NCBI RefSeq assembly: GCF_006345805.1
Contig: NC_043017.1
Span: 17,732,001 to 17,796,000 of the forward strand
Direction: 5' to 3'
Length of the DNA stretch: 64,000 nucleotides
From: Octopus sinensis
Lineage: Eukaryota
Both the position numbers and the translations under genes were made by a program. Below, piece after piece: positions 11,370 to 25,022 of this stretch (its first letter is position 1; every line of letters starts with the position of its first letter). The notes under the pieces are model-generated. The model ran no database searches. It was not told the origin of the DNA and was given only the letters and a program-made list of their open reading frames with translations.

Positions 11370-12535
11370 GATGTCAGCTTTCACTACTTCACCCCTTTGT
11401 CTTTCTTGGTCAAACTCTTTCACAGATTCTGGCCACATTAAGTAAACAGCACTTCTTTAAACAGCCGTCTTCATTCATGCACATGATATGTCCATACCAG
11501 TGCAGTCTTTTTTCTCAAACACAATATCTGGATCTTCTTGTACCCAGCTTTTCATTCAGTAGCTCTGTACTAACTCTCCGTTGCTGCTGCCATCTCGGCG
11601 TTCGGCGTTCACTCTGTGGGATCTCGTTCGTGCGAGCATTCGTGCCGATCGACAGCAGCATTAGCAGCAGCAGTTGCAGCGATCACTTTTCCACGCTGCC
11701 CTCGACTCGGATGCGATTACCCACCGAACTTAAGCATATCACTAAGCGGAGGAAAAGAAACGCACACACTAACATTGCACATTCAGCAGAGCATATTCAC
11801 TTCATTTCTTTCCAATCTTCTCAAGTCCTCTGCATTCAAAGCCCATATCTCACTATAATGCAGCATTGCAGTTCGAACATAAGCGTTATTCAATCTGCCA
11901 GCCACTCTCAAGAAAAAAGTTCTTTGTTGTCAGCAGTGATCGTTGCTCCCTGAACTTACTCCAACCAGTTTTTATTCCAGCAATTATACTTTCAGAGCAA
12001 ACATCCCCTTCTTCTCAGTAACAAAAAGTACCAACTTCTTCTAATGAGCAATCTGGGATATTTAAAAGATTCAATTTTAGTTGTGTTTGTATGTACTGCT
12101 TCATTGCATCTGCTGCGTATGAAGCCTACATTCTTGTATAGTCTGCCAGTAATTCTCCTGCATCAAAAGTACACTGTATGGAGTTTATACCTACCCCTTT
12201 TCTACATACTTAATAAAGCCATTTCCCTGAAGATACCAGCATCCTGTCATCTTTCCTACTTACTAAAATTTTCATCTTTGCCAGGTTAACCTTAAGGCCC
12301 CTCAATTCCAAGTTTAGCTTTCACGTCTAGAATTTTTTCTCCAATTCCCCTATAGGATCAGTTATGAGGACAGGACTTAGACCATCAGCATATAAAAGTT
12401 CCCATGGACAGCCAGTCTTAAACTCTTCAGTTGACGGCTTGGAGGATTAGGATGAATAGGAGAGGCCTAAGGACTGAATCTTGATGGACTCCCACTTTCA
12501 CACCAAATTCATCAATGTAGTCCTTGCCAGCCCAC
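11370..12535 (-). mobile_element. RTE-clade LINE reverse transcriptase remnant
   Basis: VGVHQDSVLRPLLFILIL, GCPWELLYADGL (YADD motif), GLKVNLAKMKILV, GWSKFRE and RLERNEVNML, with stops and frameshifts. Confidence 0.8.
11591..11761 (+). pseudogene. 28S: rDNA fragment (ITS2 3' end plus 28S 5' end) inserted in the RTE LINE
   Basis: GATTACCCACCGAACTTAAGCATATCACTAAGCGGAGGAAAAGAAAC matches the conserved 28S 5' sequence (ITS4 primer site). The upstream CpG-rich part is assigned to ITS2 by position only. Confidence 0.85.
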
Positions 12536-12589
12536 ACAAGCCATTAAAGAGTTTTCCAGTGTCAATTAATAATACAAATATTCAATGTA

Positions 12590-12830
12590 ATGCAGAAGAG
12601 GAAAAAAGCAAATAAATACAGGGGCCTGACTGGCCAGAATCAGTTTGTAGAGATCAAAGTCAAAACCTCAGGTATTTTTGGACCCCATACTACTGATTTC
12701 CTCCACGAAATTGGGATAACAGCAGCCTGTCTGAGAAACAAGCCTCACAAGGTGGAGTGGCTACTGCAGCAAGTATTGTAAGCCATTCTCTGTGACAATA
12801 TCATTGCAGTCATGACCACAGGGCATGGCT
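12590..12830 (+). mobile_element. C-terminal remnant of a CRE-like (restriction-like endonuclease) non-LTR retrotransposon
   Basis: RKKANKYRGL..FVEIKVKTSGIFGP..FLHEIG..WLLQQV*AILCDNIIAVM resembles the recalled K..KY..L..F.P.A.ET.G..G..FL.QR.S.A.QRGN pattern. Confidence 0.5.
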
Positions 12831-13132
12831 CAGGGGTGCATAGCCCATTGCCCCCTCCTCTCCACCTTCATCTGCTAAATCTCCCTTTTTTTCCATTTTC
12901 TTTCTTTTTCTGTTTCTTTGGGTTTTCTTTTTTTTGTATTTAATTTTTTATTAATAAAGTTTGGTTAATCCACACATTGGAAACATGAAACTTAGAGTAA
13001 CTGTAAGTGAAAATATCCAGCATCATTATATACGCATGTGTGATGTAAGTATGTACATGCTCATGCACATATACATATATACTAATATGTGTATGTATGT
13101 ATGTTTACATATATATATATATATATCAGTTA

Positions 13133-13520
13133 TAGGCGTAGGAATGGCTGTGTGGTAAGTAGCTTACTTACAAACCACGTGGTTCCGGGTTCAGTCCCAC
13201 TGTGTGGCACCTTGGGCAAGTGTCTTCTACTATAGCCTCGGGCTGACCAAAGCCTTGTGAGTGGATTTGGTAGATAGAAACTGAAGGAAGCCCGTCGTAT
13301 ATATGTATGTGTGTGTGTATGTTTATGTGTTTGTGTTTGTCCCCCCAACATCGCTTGACAATTGATGCTCGTCCCCGCAACTTAGCAGTTCGGCAAAGGA
13401 GACCGATAGAATAAGTACTAGGCTTATAAAGAATAAGTCCTGGGGTCGATTTGCTCAACTAAAGAAAAAGGTGGTGCTCCAGCATGGCCACAGTCAAATG
13501 ACTGAAACAAGTAAAAGAGA
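13133..13520 (+). mobile_element. SINE family B (tRNA head, CORE-like GGCACCTTGGGCAAGTG segment; OR2-like)
   Basis: A box TGGCTGTGTGG and B box GGTTCAGTCCC; about 11 copies in the window; family name from memory. Confidence 0.9.
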
Positions 13521-14099
13521 ATATATATATATATATATATATAGGTGTTTGTGTTTGCTCATATATGCTTATGAATATGAGTCCGTCTCTGTGTTTGTCT
13601 GTTAAATGCAGCTGTAGTGAGAAAGCAGGAATTCACTGGGCAGATACAGGACAGCATTGGATTATTCCTTTGATCTTTCAAAATAGAATAATTGAATTTA
13701 CTAGTCTCCATGAATTTGATGTAATACATACCTCATTGCACATGCACACACACAAACACACGCACACACAAACACAAAGTCATGTACACTGATACATGCA
13801 CACATAGACATACACATCCTATACATTCATAAACACATTTATATACACATGCATGTATATTCTTATGTGCAAGAATAATTAAGAAATAATGGAATTATGT
13901 GTGTGCATGTATGTGTGTATATATTTACACGCATATATATATATATATAGGGAGAGTTTACGAAAAAACTCTGTTTTACTCCCACTCATACCTATTATTC
14001 AATTGTGCTACTGCCCTACAACCATAAGCATTTGGATATAAATACATAGGTATACATTTAGTAGTATATTGGATATTTATTATCCCTTAGATGGTTGTT

Positions 14100-14400
14100 T
14101 AACCCCTTACCCGGCAGAAACGAATATATGCATTTTGACCGAAATCGTTTTTTTCTATCTCTGGCGAGTTAACTCGTCAAAAGATAGACTCGCCAAAATC
14201 GACAGCAAACGAGTTCCTTCGTCTATTATAAACTCTTTTTTGACATATACGAGTATATTCGCTCACTTTATACGTCTGGCAGTGACGATTTCTGCCACCT
14301 TTTGCTTGAGTAAGGCATTGAAGACCGAGTATGATTTAGTCACCTGGAGACAGTCGAAGGGTTGGAAGGCACATTTTATGAATAATAAATAAGGTTTGAA
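14100..14400 (-). mobile_element. Possible piggyBac 3' remnant
   Basis: TTAA|CCCC terminus; the minus frame gives GRNRHCQTYKV..RICQKRV..RRNSF, like a decayed Cys-rich C-terminal domain. Confidence 0.35.
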
Positions 14401-14510
14401 ATATACCTCGAAATCACCATTCAAAACATAGTAAAATAAAACAATAAAAAATATGTCTGAAAAAATACATTTATTTTCAAAATAATTGTTGGGTAACTCT
14501 AACTCATACA

Positions 14511-14542
<32 letters not shown>

Positions 14543-14546
<4 letters not shown>

Positions 14547-14955
14547 CATAGGAGTGGCTGTGTGGTAAGTAACTTGCTTACAAACCACATGGTTCTGGGT
14601 TCAGTCCCACTGCATGGCACCTTGGGCAAGTGTCTTCTACTATAGCCTTGGGCTGACCAAAGCCTTGTGAGTGGATTTGGTAGACGGAAAATGAAAGAAG
14701 CCCGTTATATATATGCATATATATATGTGTGTGTGTGCATGTTTGTGTGTCTGTGTTTGTCCCCCCACCATTGCTTGACAACCAATGCTGGTGTGTTTAT
14801 GTCCCCGTAACTTAGCAGTTCAGCAAAAGAGACCGATAAAATAAGTACTAGGCTTACAAAGGGTAAGTCCTAGGGTTGATTTGCTTGACTAGAGGCAGTG
14901 CTCCAGCATACCCACGGTCAAATGACTGAAACAAGTAAAAGAGTAAAAGAGAGTA
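14543..14955 (+). mobile_element. SINE family B
   Basis: Full-length match to the other copies. Confidence 0.9.
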
Positions 14956-15103
14956 AGAGTATTAGATATGCATATGTGTGCATATTCACCATTGAGTGTA
15001 GGGAATGATGTAGGCAAATATGTCCTACATATGTTTCCAAGGAAAACCAACTAGAAGTTATGTAACTTTAGGTTAATACAGCTATGTTCAGCTTTTTCTT
15101 CAG

Positions 15104-15176
15104 GTACATTCATCTCTTGCTAACAAAGTTCATTGATGAACTCAAAAGAAATTACTACTCCAACAACAGTATAAAG
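15104..15176 (+). CDS. Candidate 73-nt internal coding exon of an unidentified host gene (YIHLLLTKFIDELKRNYYSNNSIK)
   Basis: Acceptor TTTTTCTTCAG, donor AAG|GTGGGT, open frame, non-repeat context; no homology recognised. Confidence 0.35.
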
Positions 15177-15759
15177 GTGGGTGAAAGCAAGATTTTGTTA
15201 AATGACCGATGAAATTCAAAACCAGTAGGCAAGTTATGTTTGAGATGAAAGGGATGTGAGCTAAGGAGGTTAGTTTCAGACTCATTATTAGGTGTCTTTA
15301 TAAAGGTAAAGGAACTTGTAAAGTCCTATGTGCCTATTTTACAAGGTAAAAATAAACAAAATGAGATAAATCTATACAACTACTCAAAATTACATAAATA
15401 AAAATACCAAGAATGTACACATACATTCATGTAATTTCATATCAAGCATATACACATATATACACACAGGAAAACATACATACATTGATATACATATACA
15501 CATGTAAGCATAATCTCCACTAATTGACATACATGTATGTGTGCATAAATGAGCTAATATACATGTATGTGTGTGTATACACATATATACACATATGCAA
15601 ACATACATACATTGATATACATATACATATGTATGCATAATCTCCACTAACTGACATACATGTATGTGTACATAAGTGAGTTAATATACATGTATGTGTG
15701 TGTATTAATATATATATATATATCTATATATATATATACCGAAGATAAGCTTCGTCTGG

Positions 15760-16002
15760 TCCCCGTGCTGGTGGCACGTAAAAAGCACCATCTGATCGTG
15801 GCCATTTGCCAGCCTCGTCTGGCACGTAAAAAGCACCCACAACACTCACGGAGTGGTTGGCGTTAGGAAGGGCATAGCTGTAGAAACACTGCCAGATCAA
15901 ACTGGGCCTGGTGTAGCCTCCATGGCTTACCAGACCCCAGTTGAACCATCTAACCCATGCCAGCATGGAAAGCGGACGTTAAATGATGATGATGATGATG
16001 AT
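15760..16002 (+). mobile_element. SINE family C, 5'-truncated
   Basis: GGCACGTAAAAAGCAC...GCATGGAAAGCGGACGTTAAA(TGA)n. Confidence 0.85.
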
Positions 16003-16505
16003 ACTTGTTGCTTATTTTGATTATAATCACCCCATGGATTTATATGGATAATACCATACAAAATTCTGGTGCCTCTGACTCAAGTAAAATATTCATTTGA
16101 ATATATATATATAACACACACATACATATATATGTGTGTGTGTGTTTGGGTGTGGAGAGAGAGAGAGAGAGTGCATGATGGGTATGTAGGTACATGAATA
16201 GATCTATTAACTTAGAGGGAAAGGAAATGAATGAAAGGAAGAATTGGAATGAAGGGAGAGAGAAGAAGCATCAGCATGAAGGAGGGAAAGAAACAATCAG
16301 ACAGATGATCCTTTCCTCCTCCTCCTGAAGAAGGTCATTGTTGCCGAAAAAACTGTGAGCATGTACTGTGGTATGATGTAATAGATGGTGTTATAATGTT
16401 GGGGAGGAGTACAAAGACAGTATAGGGAAGGAGGAGGGAGGGAGGGAGGGAGGTAAAAATGGACAGGCAAGCACACCCACCCATATACATCACACACATA
16501 TTCTA

Positions 16506-16544
<39 letters not shown>

Positions 16545-18119
16545 TATATATATTCATGCTCACATGTTCACACCTACCACATATGCATGCACACACACAC
16601 ACACACACACGTATACACACACAAACACACACACATATAGATGCCCACACACACATGCACAGAGGTGGGAAATGGTTAAGTAGACAGAAGTGATGTGTGT
16701 AGAGAAAACATGGAGCGACTGACAAACATGACGCTGTGATACAGAGACAAACCTGGATTGAAAACTCCAACGGTAAACGTGACAGAATTGAAAGCTTTGG
16801 GGATGAAGAAACTCAAAAAAATATCCAAAAGAAAAAGTAAATTAGAGAATCAAATTTCTGCATGTAGAGTTCAGTAAAACAAATTTAACCAAAAAAAAAA
16901 TGAAATTTTTACAAATTTTATTTGGTGTGTATTTATCCATTATCATTATTATTATTACCACCATCACCACCACTGCCGCCATCATCATCATCATTCATCA
17001 TCATCATCATCATCATCCTTTTATAGAATACAACTTGTTCTTGTATGGCAATGCGCTGCCAAAGAAATTTCCCCATCACCATTTATTGAGAGCAGTTGCA
17101 GTATTCTGCACATGTGCAATAAATGAAAAGCATAAATAAATAAAAACAGAGAAACATGATAAAGATTTTTTTGTTTTTTATTGTGATTGATTTTTATTTT
17201 ATTTTATTTCTTTTCTCCCCTTTCTTCATTTTTTTCCCCCCGCAGAAATCATTCTGGCAATGATTCACTCTCTCTCTCTCTTTCTCTGTGTATGCATGTG
17301 TGCACATACATACAGACAGACAGGCAGGCAGGCAGAGATATCTATGTATATGTATGGTATGGTATGGTATGAAAATGTCTAATTATACATGTAACGGTTT
17401 AATTACTGTTCTCTGTGATGCATTACATTCCAAAAAAAATGAAACTGCAAAGCTGGCAACTCATGCAACATGCACAGATTTCTGGGAGTTTTGGTTTATT
17501 AACTGTAATATCCATAGAACACAGAACCAGATTATGTCACAGAACAAACAAATATTCTTATTTTCATGATTTTACAATTGTTTCAGTAGCAAATATTCGC
17601 CACTTTGTCAGAAGACAAAAATTTCAAATAAATTCTCAGAAAATGTCAGTAAAAAAAAAAAAAAAAAAAAAAAGCCAAAAGTGTCATGGAAGAATATTTA
17701 CAATGAAAAAGTTAAATGAAAAAGAAGGCAGCATCAGTATTGAAAGACTATTAGCAATTGAACACACACACATACACACGGTGCATGAGGTACTTGAGAA
17801 CAGTTTTGTTAGCAGTATATTACTCTCTTCAAACCAATTAAAATGGTTTTATTTCCTTCAGATCTTCCTCCTGCCCCATGACCAGTAAAATAGTAAAATA
17901 AGAAATGAAGAAATATACAGCTGTTGTTGTCGTATGTGGGGAGTACTGCAATTTAGAAATTGTCAACTTTGTAGATGCTTTAAGATCTTTTGTACACAAA
18001 GCTCAGATAGAAATGGAAGCCTCTAGCAGGAATGTTTCAACTGTATCAAAGAACAATAAACATTCTAAATATTTGGACACTAAAAACATTATCTAATGAT
18101 GATACCAGAAATTCAACAA

Positions 18120-18525
18120 TAGGTGCAGGAGTGGCTGTGTGGTAAGTAGCTTGTTTACTAACCACATGGTTCTGGGTTCAGTCCCACTGTGTGGCACCTT
18201 GGGCAAGTGTCTTCTGCTATAGCCTCGGGCCAACCAAAGCCTTGTGAGTGGATTTGGTAGACAGAAACTGAAAGAAACCCATCGTATATATGTATATATA
18301 TATATACATGTGTGTGTGTTTGTGTATCTGTGTTTGTCCCCCTAGCATTGCTTGACAACCGATGCTGGTGTGTTTATGTCCCCCGTTACTTAGCGGTTCG
18401 GCAAAAGAGACCGATAGAATAAGTACTGGGCTTACAAAGAATAAGTCCCGGGGTCGAGTTACTCGACTAAAGGCAGTGCTCCAGCATGGCCGCAGTCAAC
18501 TGACTGAAACAAGTAAAAGAGTAAA
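18120..18525 (+). mobile_element. SINE family B
   Basis: Full-length match to the other copies. Confidence 0.9.
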
Positions 18526-18832
18526 GGAGAGAGAGAGAGACTAACTTTGAAACTTTTTTACTCAGTTGCATTTTGGGTGGATTTCCAAAAACTAAAACCC
18601 TGGTCGAATAATAAACAAAAAAGAGAAAAAGATCCAAAACGTTTAATCCATAATTGTTATTCTGCATTCCAGAACAATAAAATGAAGGTAAGTCATAGAA
18701 AGTCAAATTAGTCAATAGTCAAGATGCAGCAAGTCATTAGAGAGAATGAAACACAGTGGCAGGCTGGCTTTCTTCTTGAATGTATCGTGTTGTTCTTGCA
18801 TGACCTTATTTGCTCACTCACAGCATTGATTG

Positions 18833-18910
18833 CTTCTACTGTAGGGTAGTAAGGCTTACTTCTACTGTAGGGTAGTAAGGCTTACTTCTACTGTAGGGTA
18901 GTAAGGCTTA
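18833..18910. repeat. Perfect 3 x 26-bp tandem repeat inside the transposase remnant
   Basis: CTTCTACTGTAGGGTAGTAAGGCTTA at 18833, 18859 and 18885. Confidence 0.95.
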
Positions 18911-18941
18911 CAATACCTCTGCATAATCTTCAGCTCCATAC

Positions 18942-19323
18942 TTATTGAAGCACTCCGTCGGTTACGACGACGAGGGTTCCGGTTGATCCGAATCAACGGA
19001 ACAGCCTGCTCGTGAAATTAACGTGTAAGTGGCTGAGCACTCCACAGACACGTGTACCCTTAACGTAGTTCTCGGGGATATTCAGCATGACACAGAGAGT
19101 GACGGCCCTTTGAAATACAGGTACAACAGAAACAGGAAGTAAGAGTGAGAGAAAGTTGTGGTGAAAGAGTACAGCAGGGATCACCACCATCCCCTGCCGG
19201 AGCTTTGTGTAGCTTTAGGTGTTTTCGCTCAATAAACACTCACAATGCCTGGTCTGGGAATCGAAACTGCGATCCTATGACCGCGAGTCCACTGCCCTAA
19301 CCACTGGGCCATTGCGCCTCCAC
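18942..19323 (-). mobile_element. SINE family D, tail type 2, with 12-bp TSD
   Basis: TSD TCAGCTCCATAC at 18930-18941 and 19324-19335. Confidence 0.9.
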
Positions 19324-19934
19324 TCAGCTCCATACATTTGGTCACTAAACAAGGGGGTCTGCCCAGTCATATGAGATGAACTGGCAGACCATCTGCAGTC
19401 TTTTTCTCACATGTGGCATGAGGGAAAATGCAAGAAGGGCTAAGATTGCTTGCGAATTCCATCTGGCATTACTGATGTTCAGAATTTTCTGAAACTTGAT
19501 GAAAGCTAGGTCTCTGTTTTCATTGAAGAACCTGAAGGCATCGGTTAAGTGGAACAGAAACTTCATATCATATCTCCAACCAGCTTGATCTTCAATGACA
19601 TAAGTTCCATCATGGAAGGAGTCTTGGAGTTCTTCATGACTTGTCATGAGTTCTTTGACAAAAAAATATTCAATGTTGGGTGGATTGCTTGTGCCTGCTA
19701 GCTCCTCATCCATAACAACATGCAGGATTCTGTCCAAGACATGGTGTTGGCAGCTCACAAATTGTGGCTTGTCATAACCTTTACTCAAGAACATTCTCTG
19801 CAGTCTAACCACTACCCCACTCTTTCGTCCTGTATTCACACTCATCTTATCAGCAATAACCATTGAGATTGTGTCCCCACAAGTGAATTTCGTCCAAGAC
19901 ACTTTTCAATCCTTCTGCAATGGTCTCAGCCTTG

Positions 19935-20200
19935 TCATCACCACCACCACCGCCGCTGCCAATGCCACCGCCACCGCCAATGCCAATGCCAATGCCACCG
20001 CCACCGCCAACCCCAACCCCAACGCTAACGCCAACGCCAACCCCAACCCCAACCCCAACCCCAACCCCAACGCCACCGCCAACCCCAACCCCAACCCCAA
20101 CACCAACGCCAACGCCACCACAAACCCCAACGCCAACGCCACCGCCAACGCCAACCCCAACGCCACTGCCAACGCAAACGCCACCCCCACCATCACCACC
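19935..20200. repeat. Hexamer-periodic CCCCAA/GCCAAC/GCCACC low-complexity array
   Basis: Direct reading. Confidence 0.85.
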
Positions 20201-20579
20201 AGCATTAGGAAGTATGCTCTACTTCACCCCCTCATCATCATCATTGTCATTATTAACTACAATTGTAGCACCTAAGGTACCATTGCTATTACTGTCACCA
20301 CTCAGTTGCTTTCCCTCTCTAAATATGTGTGTGTGTGAGTATGTGTGTGAGTATGTGTGTGTGAGTATGTGTGTGTGAGTATGTGTGTGTGTGTGCATGT
20401 GTATACATACATAGTTGCTTATGTGTGTGTGTGTGTGTGTCCACGTGTGTGTTTGCATATCTATGTACAGAAAGAGGTGATGGATAACAGAGAAAGAGAG
20501 AGAGAAAGAGAGAAAAACAGAGACTGTTTTAGTTCTGCAAAAGACTTGACAGAGGAAACCATCATGCAGACATCAGTTT

Positions 20580-20957
20580 ATAGACGCAAATATATCACCC
20601 CACACAAACACACAGACACAGACACATACCTATGTATATACACTTACCTGGACACGGACACACGTACACATTGCTTATGCATACATGCACACACACATCC
20701 GCTATGTACACACACACACACACACACAAATCCCCTATGTACACACACACACACACACACCAAATCCCCTATGTACAACACACACACACACATCCCCTAT
20801 GTACACATACACACACACATCCCCTATGTACACACACACACATAACACATACCTATGTATATACACTTACCTGCACACACACACACACACACACATTGCT
20901 TATGCATAGATGCACACACACACATCCCCTATGTACACACACACACACATCCCCTAT

Positions 20958-20990
<33 letters not shown>

Positions 20991-22125
20991 ACATATACCT
21001 ATGTATATACACTTACCTGTACACACATATACATTGCTTATGCATACATGCACACACACATCCCCTATGTACACATACACACACATAACACATACCTATG
21101 TATATACACTTACCTGCACACACACACACACACACACACATACACATTGCTTATGCATAGATGCACACACACATCCCCTATGACACACCCACACACATCC
21201 CCTATGTACACACACACAAATCCCCTATGTACACACACACACACACACATCACCTATGTACACATACACACACACATCCCCTATGTACACACACACACAC
21301 ACACATAACACATACCTATGTATATACACTTACCTGCACACACACATACACATTGCTTATGCATACATGCACACACATACGCACACACACATCCCCTATG
21401 TACACATACACACACACACATCCCCTATGTACACACACACACATCCTCTATGTACACACACACACACATCCCCTATATACACATACACACACACACATCC
21501 CCTATGTACACACACACACACACAGCCCCTATGTACACACACACGCACACACATCCCCTATGTACACACACACGCCCCCTGTGTACACACACACAACACA
21601 TACCTATGTATATACACTTACCTGCACACACACATACACATTGCTTATGCATACATGCACACACACACACGCACACACACATCCCCTATGTACACATACA
21701 CACACACACAGCCCGTCTGTACACACATACACACACACACACACATCCCCTATGTACACACACACACACACATCCCCTATGTACACATGCACACACACAC
21801 ACATAACACATACCTATGTATATACACTTACCTGCACACACACACACATACACATTGCTTATGCATACACGCACACACACGCCCACACACATCCCCTATG
21901 TACACACACACGCCCACACACATCCCCTATGTATACACACACACACACACATCCCCTATGTACACACACACACATAACGCATACCTATGTATATACACTT
22001 ACCTATACACACATACACATTACTTATGCATACATGCACACACACGCACACACACACATCCCCTATGTACACATACCACACACACATCCCCTATGTACAC
22101 ACACACGCACACACACACATCCCCT

Positions 22126-22160
<35 letters not shown>

Positions 22161-23387
22161 ATAACATATACCTATGTATATACACTTACCTGTACACACA
22201 TATACATTGCTTATGCATACATGCACACACACATCCCCTATGTACACATACACACACATAACACATACCTATGTATTACACTTACCTGCACACACACACA
22301 CACACACACACATACACATTGCTTATGCATAGATGCACACACACATCCCCTATGACACACCCACACACATCCCCTATGTACACACACACAATCCCCTATG
22401 TACACACACACACACACATCACCTATGTACACATACACACACACATCCCCTATGTACACCACACACACACACATAACACATACCTATGTATATACACACT
22501 TACCTGCACACACACACATACACATTGCTTATGCATACATGCACACACACGCACACACATCCCCTATGTACACACACACAAATCCCCTATGTACACATAC
22601 ACACACACACACATCCCCTATGTACACACACACACATCCTCTATGTACACACACACACACCATCCCCTATGTACACATACACACACACACACATCCCCTA
22701 TGTACACACACACACACACAGCCCCTATGTACACACACACGCACACACATCCCCTATGTACACACACACGCCCCCTGTGTACACACACACAACACACACA
22801 TCCCCTATGTATATACACTTACCTGCACACACACATACACATTGCTTATGCATACATGCACACACACACACGCACACACACATCCCCTATGTACACATAC
22901 ACACACACACAGCCCGTCTGTACACACATACACACACACCACACATCCCCTATGTACACCACACACACACACACCCCTATGTACACACACACACACACAC
23001 ACATAACACATACCTATGTATATACACTTACCTGCACACACACACACATACACATTGCTTATGCATACACGCACACACACGCCCACACACATCCCCTATG
23101 TACACACACACACGCCCACACACATCCCCTATGTATACACACACACACACACATCCCCTATGTACACACCCACACACACACACATCACCTATGTACACAT
23201 ACACACCCACACACACATACACATTACTTATGCATACATGCACACACACGCACACACACATCCCCTATGTACACATACACACACACACATCCCGTATGTA
23301 CACACACACACATCCTCTATGTACACACACACATACACACACACACACATCCCCTATGTACACATACACACCCACACACACACACGT
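20580..23387. repeat. ~2.8-kb (CA)-based complex minisatellite
   Basis: Recurring modules CATCCCCTATGTACAC, CATACCTATGTATATACACTTACCTG and CATTGCTTATGCATA separated by (CA)n. Confidence 0.95.
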
Positions 23388-23859
23388 GTCAGCCATTTTC
23401 CTTGAGACAACTGCATTAAACTGTTTGTTGTTGTTGTTGTTACTGCAGAGCTGCTGTTGTAAAAATGTTCACAGCAATGTGGTGCTACTACTATACTGGG
23501 AGGAGACTTCCAACATCATCAACAAAACAATAAAACCCGACTTTTCTCTTAAACACTGACATCTTACTTTTTTTCCGCTCATTTCTTCATTCATATATAT
23601 GTATATATATATATATACATGGCGGTGCCCCAGCATGGCCACAGCTCGTGAGCTGAAACTAGATAAAATAAAATTAAATTAAAAAAAAATATATATATTC
23701 CTTCATTCGTATATTCCTTCACCTTCAATTATTTAATCACTCATTCTTTCATTCCGTCTTTTTCTACCTTGTTTCTCTCCATTCCTCAGTCACCTATGTT
23801 CCTTTCTTCTCTAATTGCACCATTTTCTTCAATTTCCTTCCCCTGCCCCCACCCCACCC

Positions 23860-24170
23860 CCACACACACATACACCCTCTCTCTGTCTCTGTCTCTCTCT
23901 CTCCTATCTCTCTCTCCATCTCTCTCTCTCTATCTCCCCTATCTCTCTCTCCTATATACTTTTATTTTACTATACTTCCTATGTACCTCTCTCACAATCT
24001 ATCATTCCATCTCTGTCTACTGCTTAATCTCTATTTCTCTGTCTATCTGACTATCTATCTATATGTCTGTCTGTCCATCCGTCCATCCGTCCGTCTGTCT
24101 ATCTGTCTCTCTATCTATTTGTCTGTCTATCTGTTTATCTGTCTGTCTGTCCACCTATCTTTATGTAACT
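23860..24170. repeat. (CT)n/(CTAT)/(CTGT) microsatellites
   Basis: Direct reading. Confidence 0.9.
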
Positions 24171-24269
24171 TTGTATGCATGCATATATATATATATATAA
24201 GCATGCATACATGCATGCTTATATACATATATATTTGTCTATAAACTGATGTCTGTAATATATTCTCCT

Positions 24270-24306
<37 letters not shown>

Positions 24307-24539
24307 CTGTGCGTATTCATGCATATATGTATTATATAGTACCTTCTCCCACTCTCATACCTGCCTGTTATTTCTACCAACACTCACCATCATCATCCTC
24401 ATTGTTGTCACCTTCATCATCTTAATATTTTTATTTAATTATTATCATTATTAGTCATTCACCAATGATGTGGGCGATGAATAAATTATATTTAGAAATG
24501 CTGTTTATTGATATACATACATACATACATGCATACATG

Positions 24540-24573
<34 letters not shown>

Positions 24574-24621
24574 GTTATTTCGATCTTGAAAGGATGGACT
24601 TGGTGCAAACATAACTGTATC

Positions 24622-24688
<67 letters not shown>

Positions 24689-25022
24689 ATTAATAGTAAT
24701 TTTTATTAACTTTTATAGCTTTATAATTTTATGAACTGAACCATGGTTTTAATTATTATTTTTCATCTCCCTATGTGTTAGTTTTTTTCAAAAACTATTA
24801 GCCAAATATGTATAATATCGGTGCTTATTAATATTAATATATACACTGATATATATTTTGTTTTATTTTGTTCTGTTTACCTTCCATTATTGTACCAATG
24901 AGTATTATATTATAAGTGTAGCATTATGAAGTTTATGTATAAGTTTTTATATTTTACATTTTTATATTTTTATATTTATATGTATATGGCTAAATAATCT
25001 TTTTCACAATTATAACAAATTT

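Larger units (their letters stand above)
18700..19925 (-). pseudogene. hAT-like (hATm-type) DDE transposase remnant
   Basis: 185-codon ORF at 19345-19902 with D..VNTG, CQHH (CxxH motif) and SNARWNS. The reading continues past the SINE (YGAE..SNQCCE..KVMQE..FILSN). Confidence 0.65.

Noticed and set aside
16321-16360. CTGAAGAAGG..CCGAAA, and a PPPPEEGHCCRKNC peptide resembling OXLD1
   Set aside because: Stem III and the cleavage triplet are absent; there is no acceptor and the peptide match is too weak.
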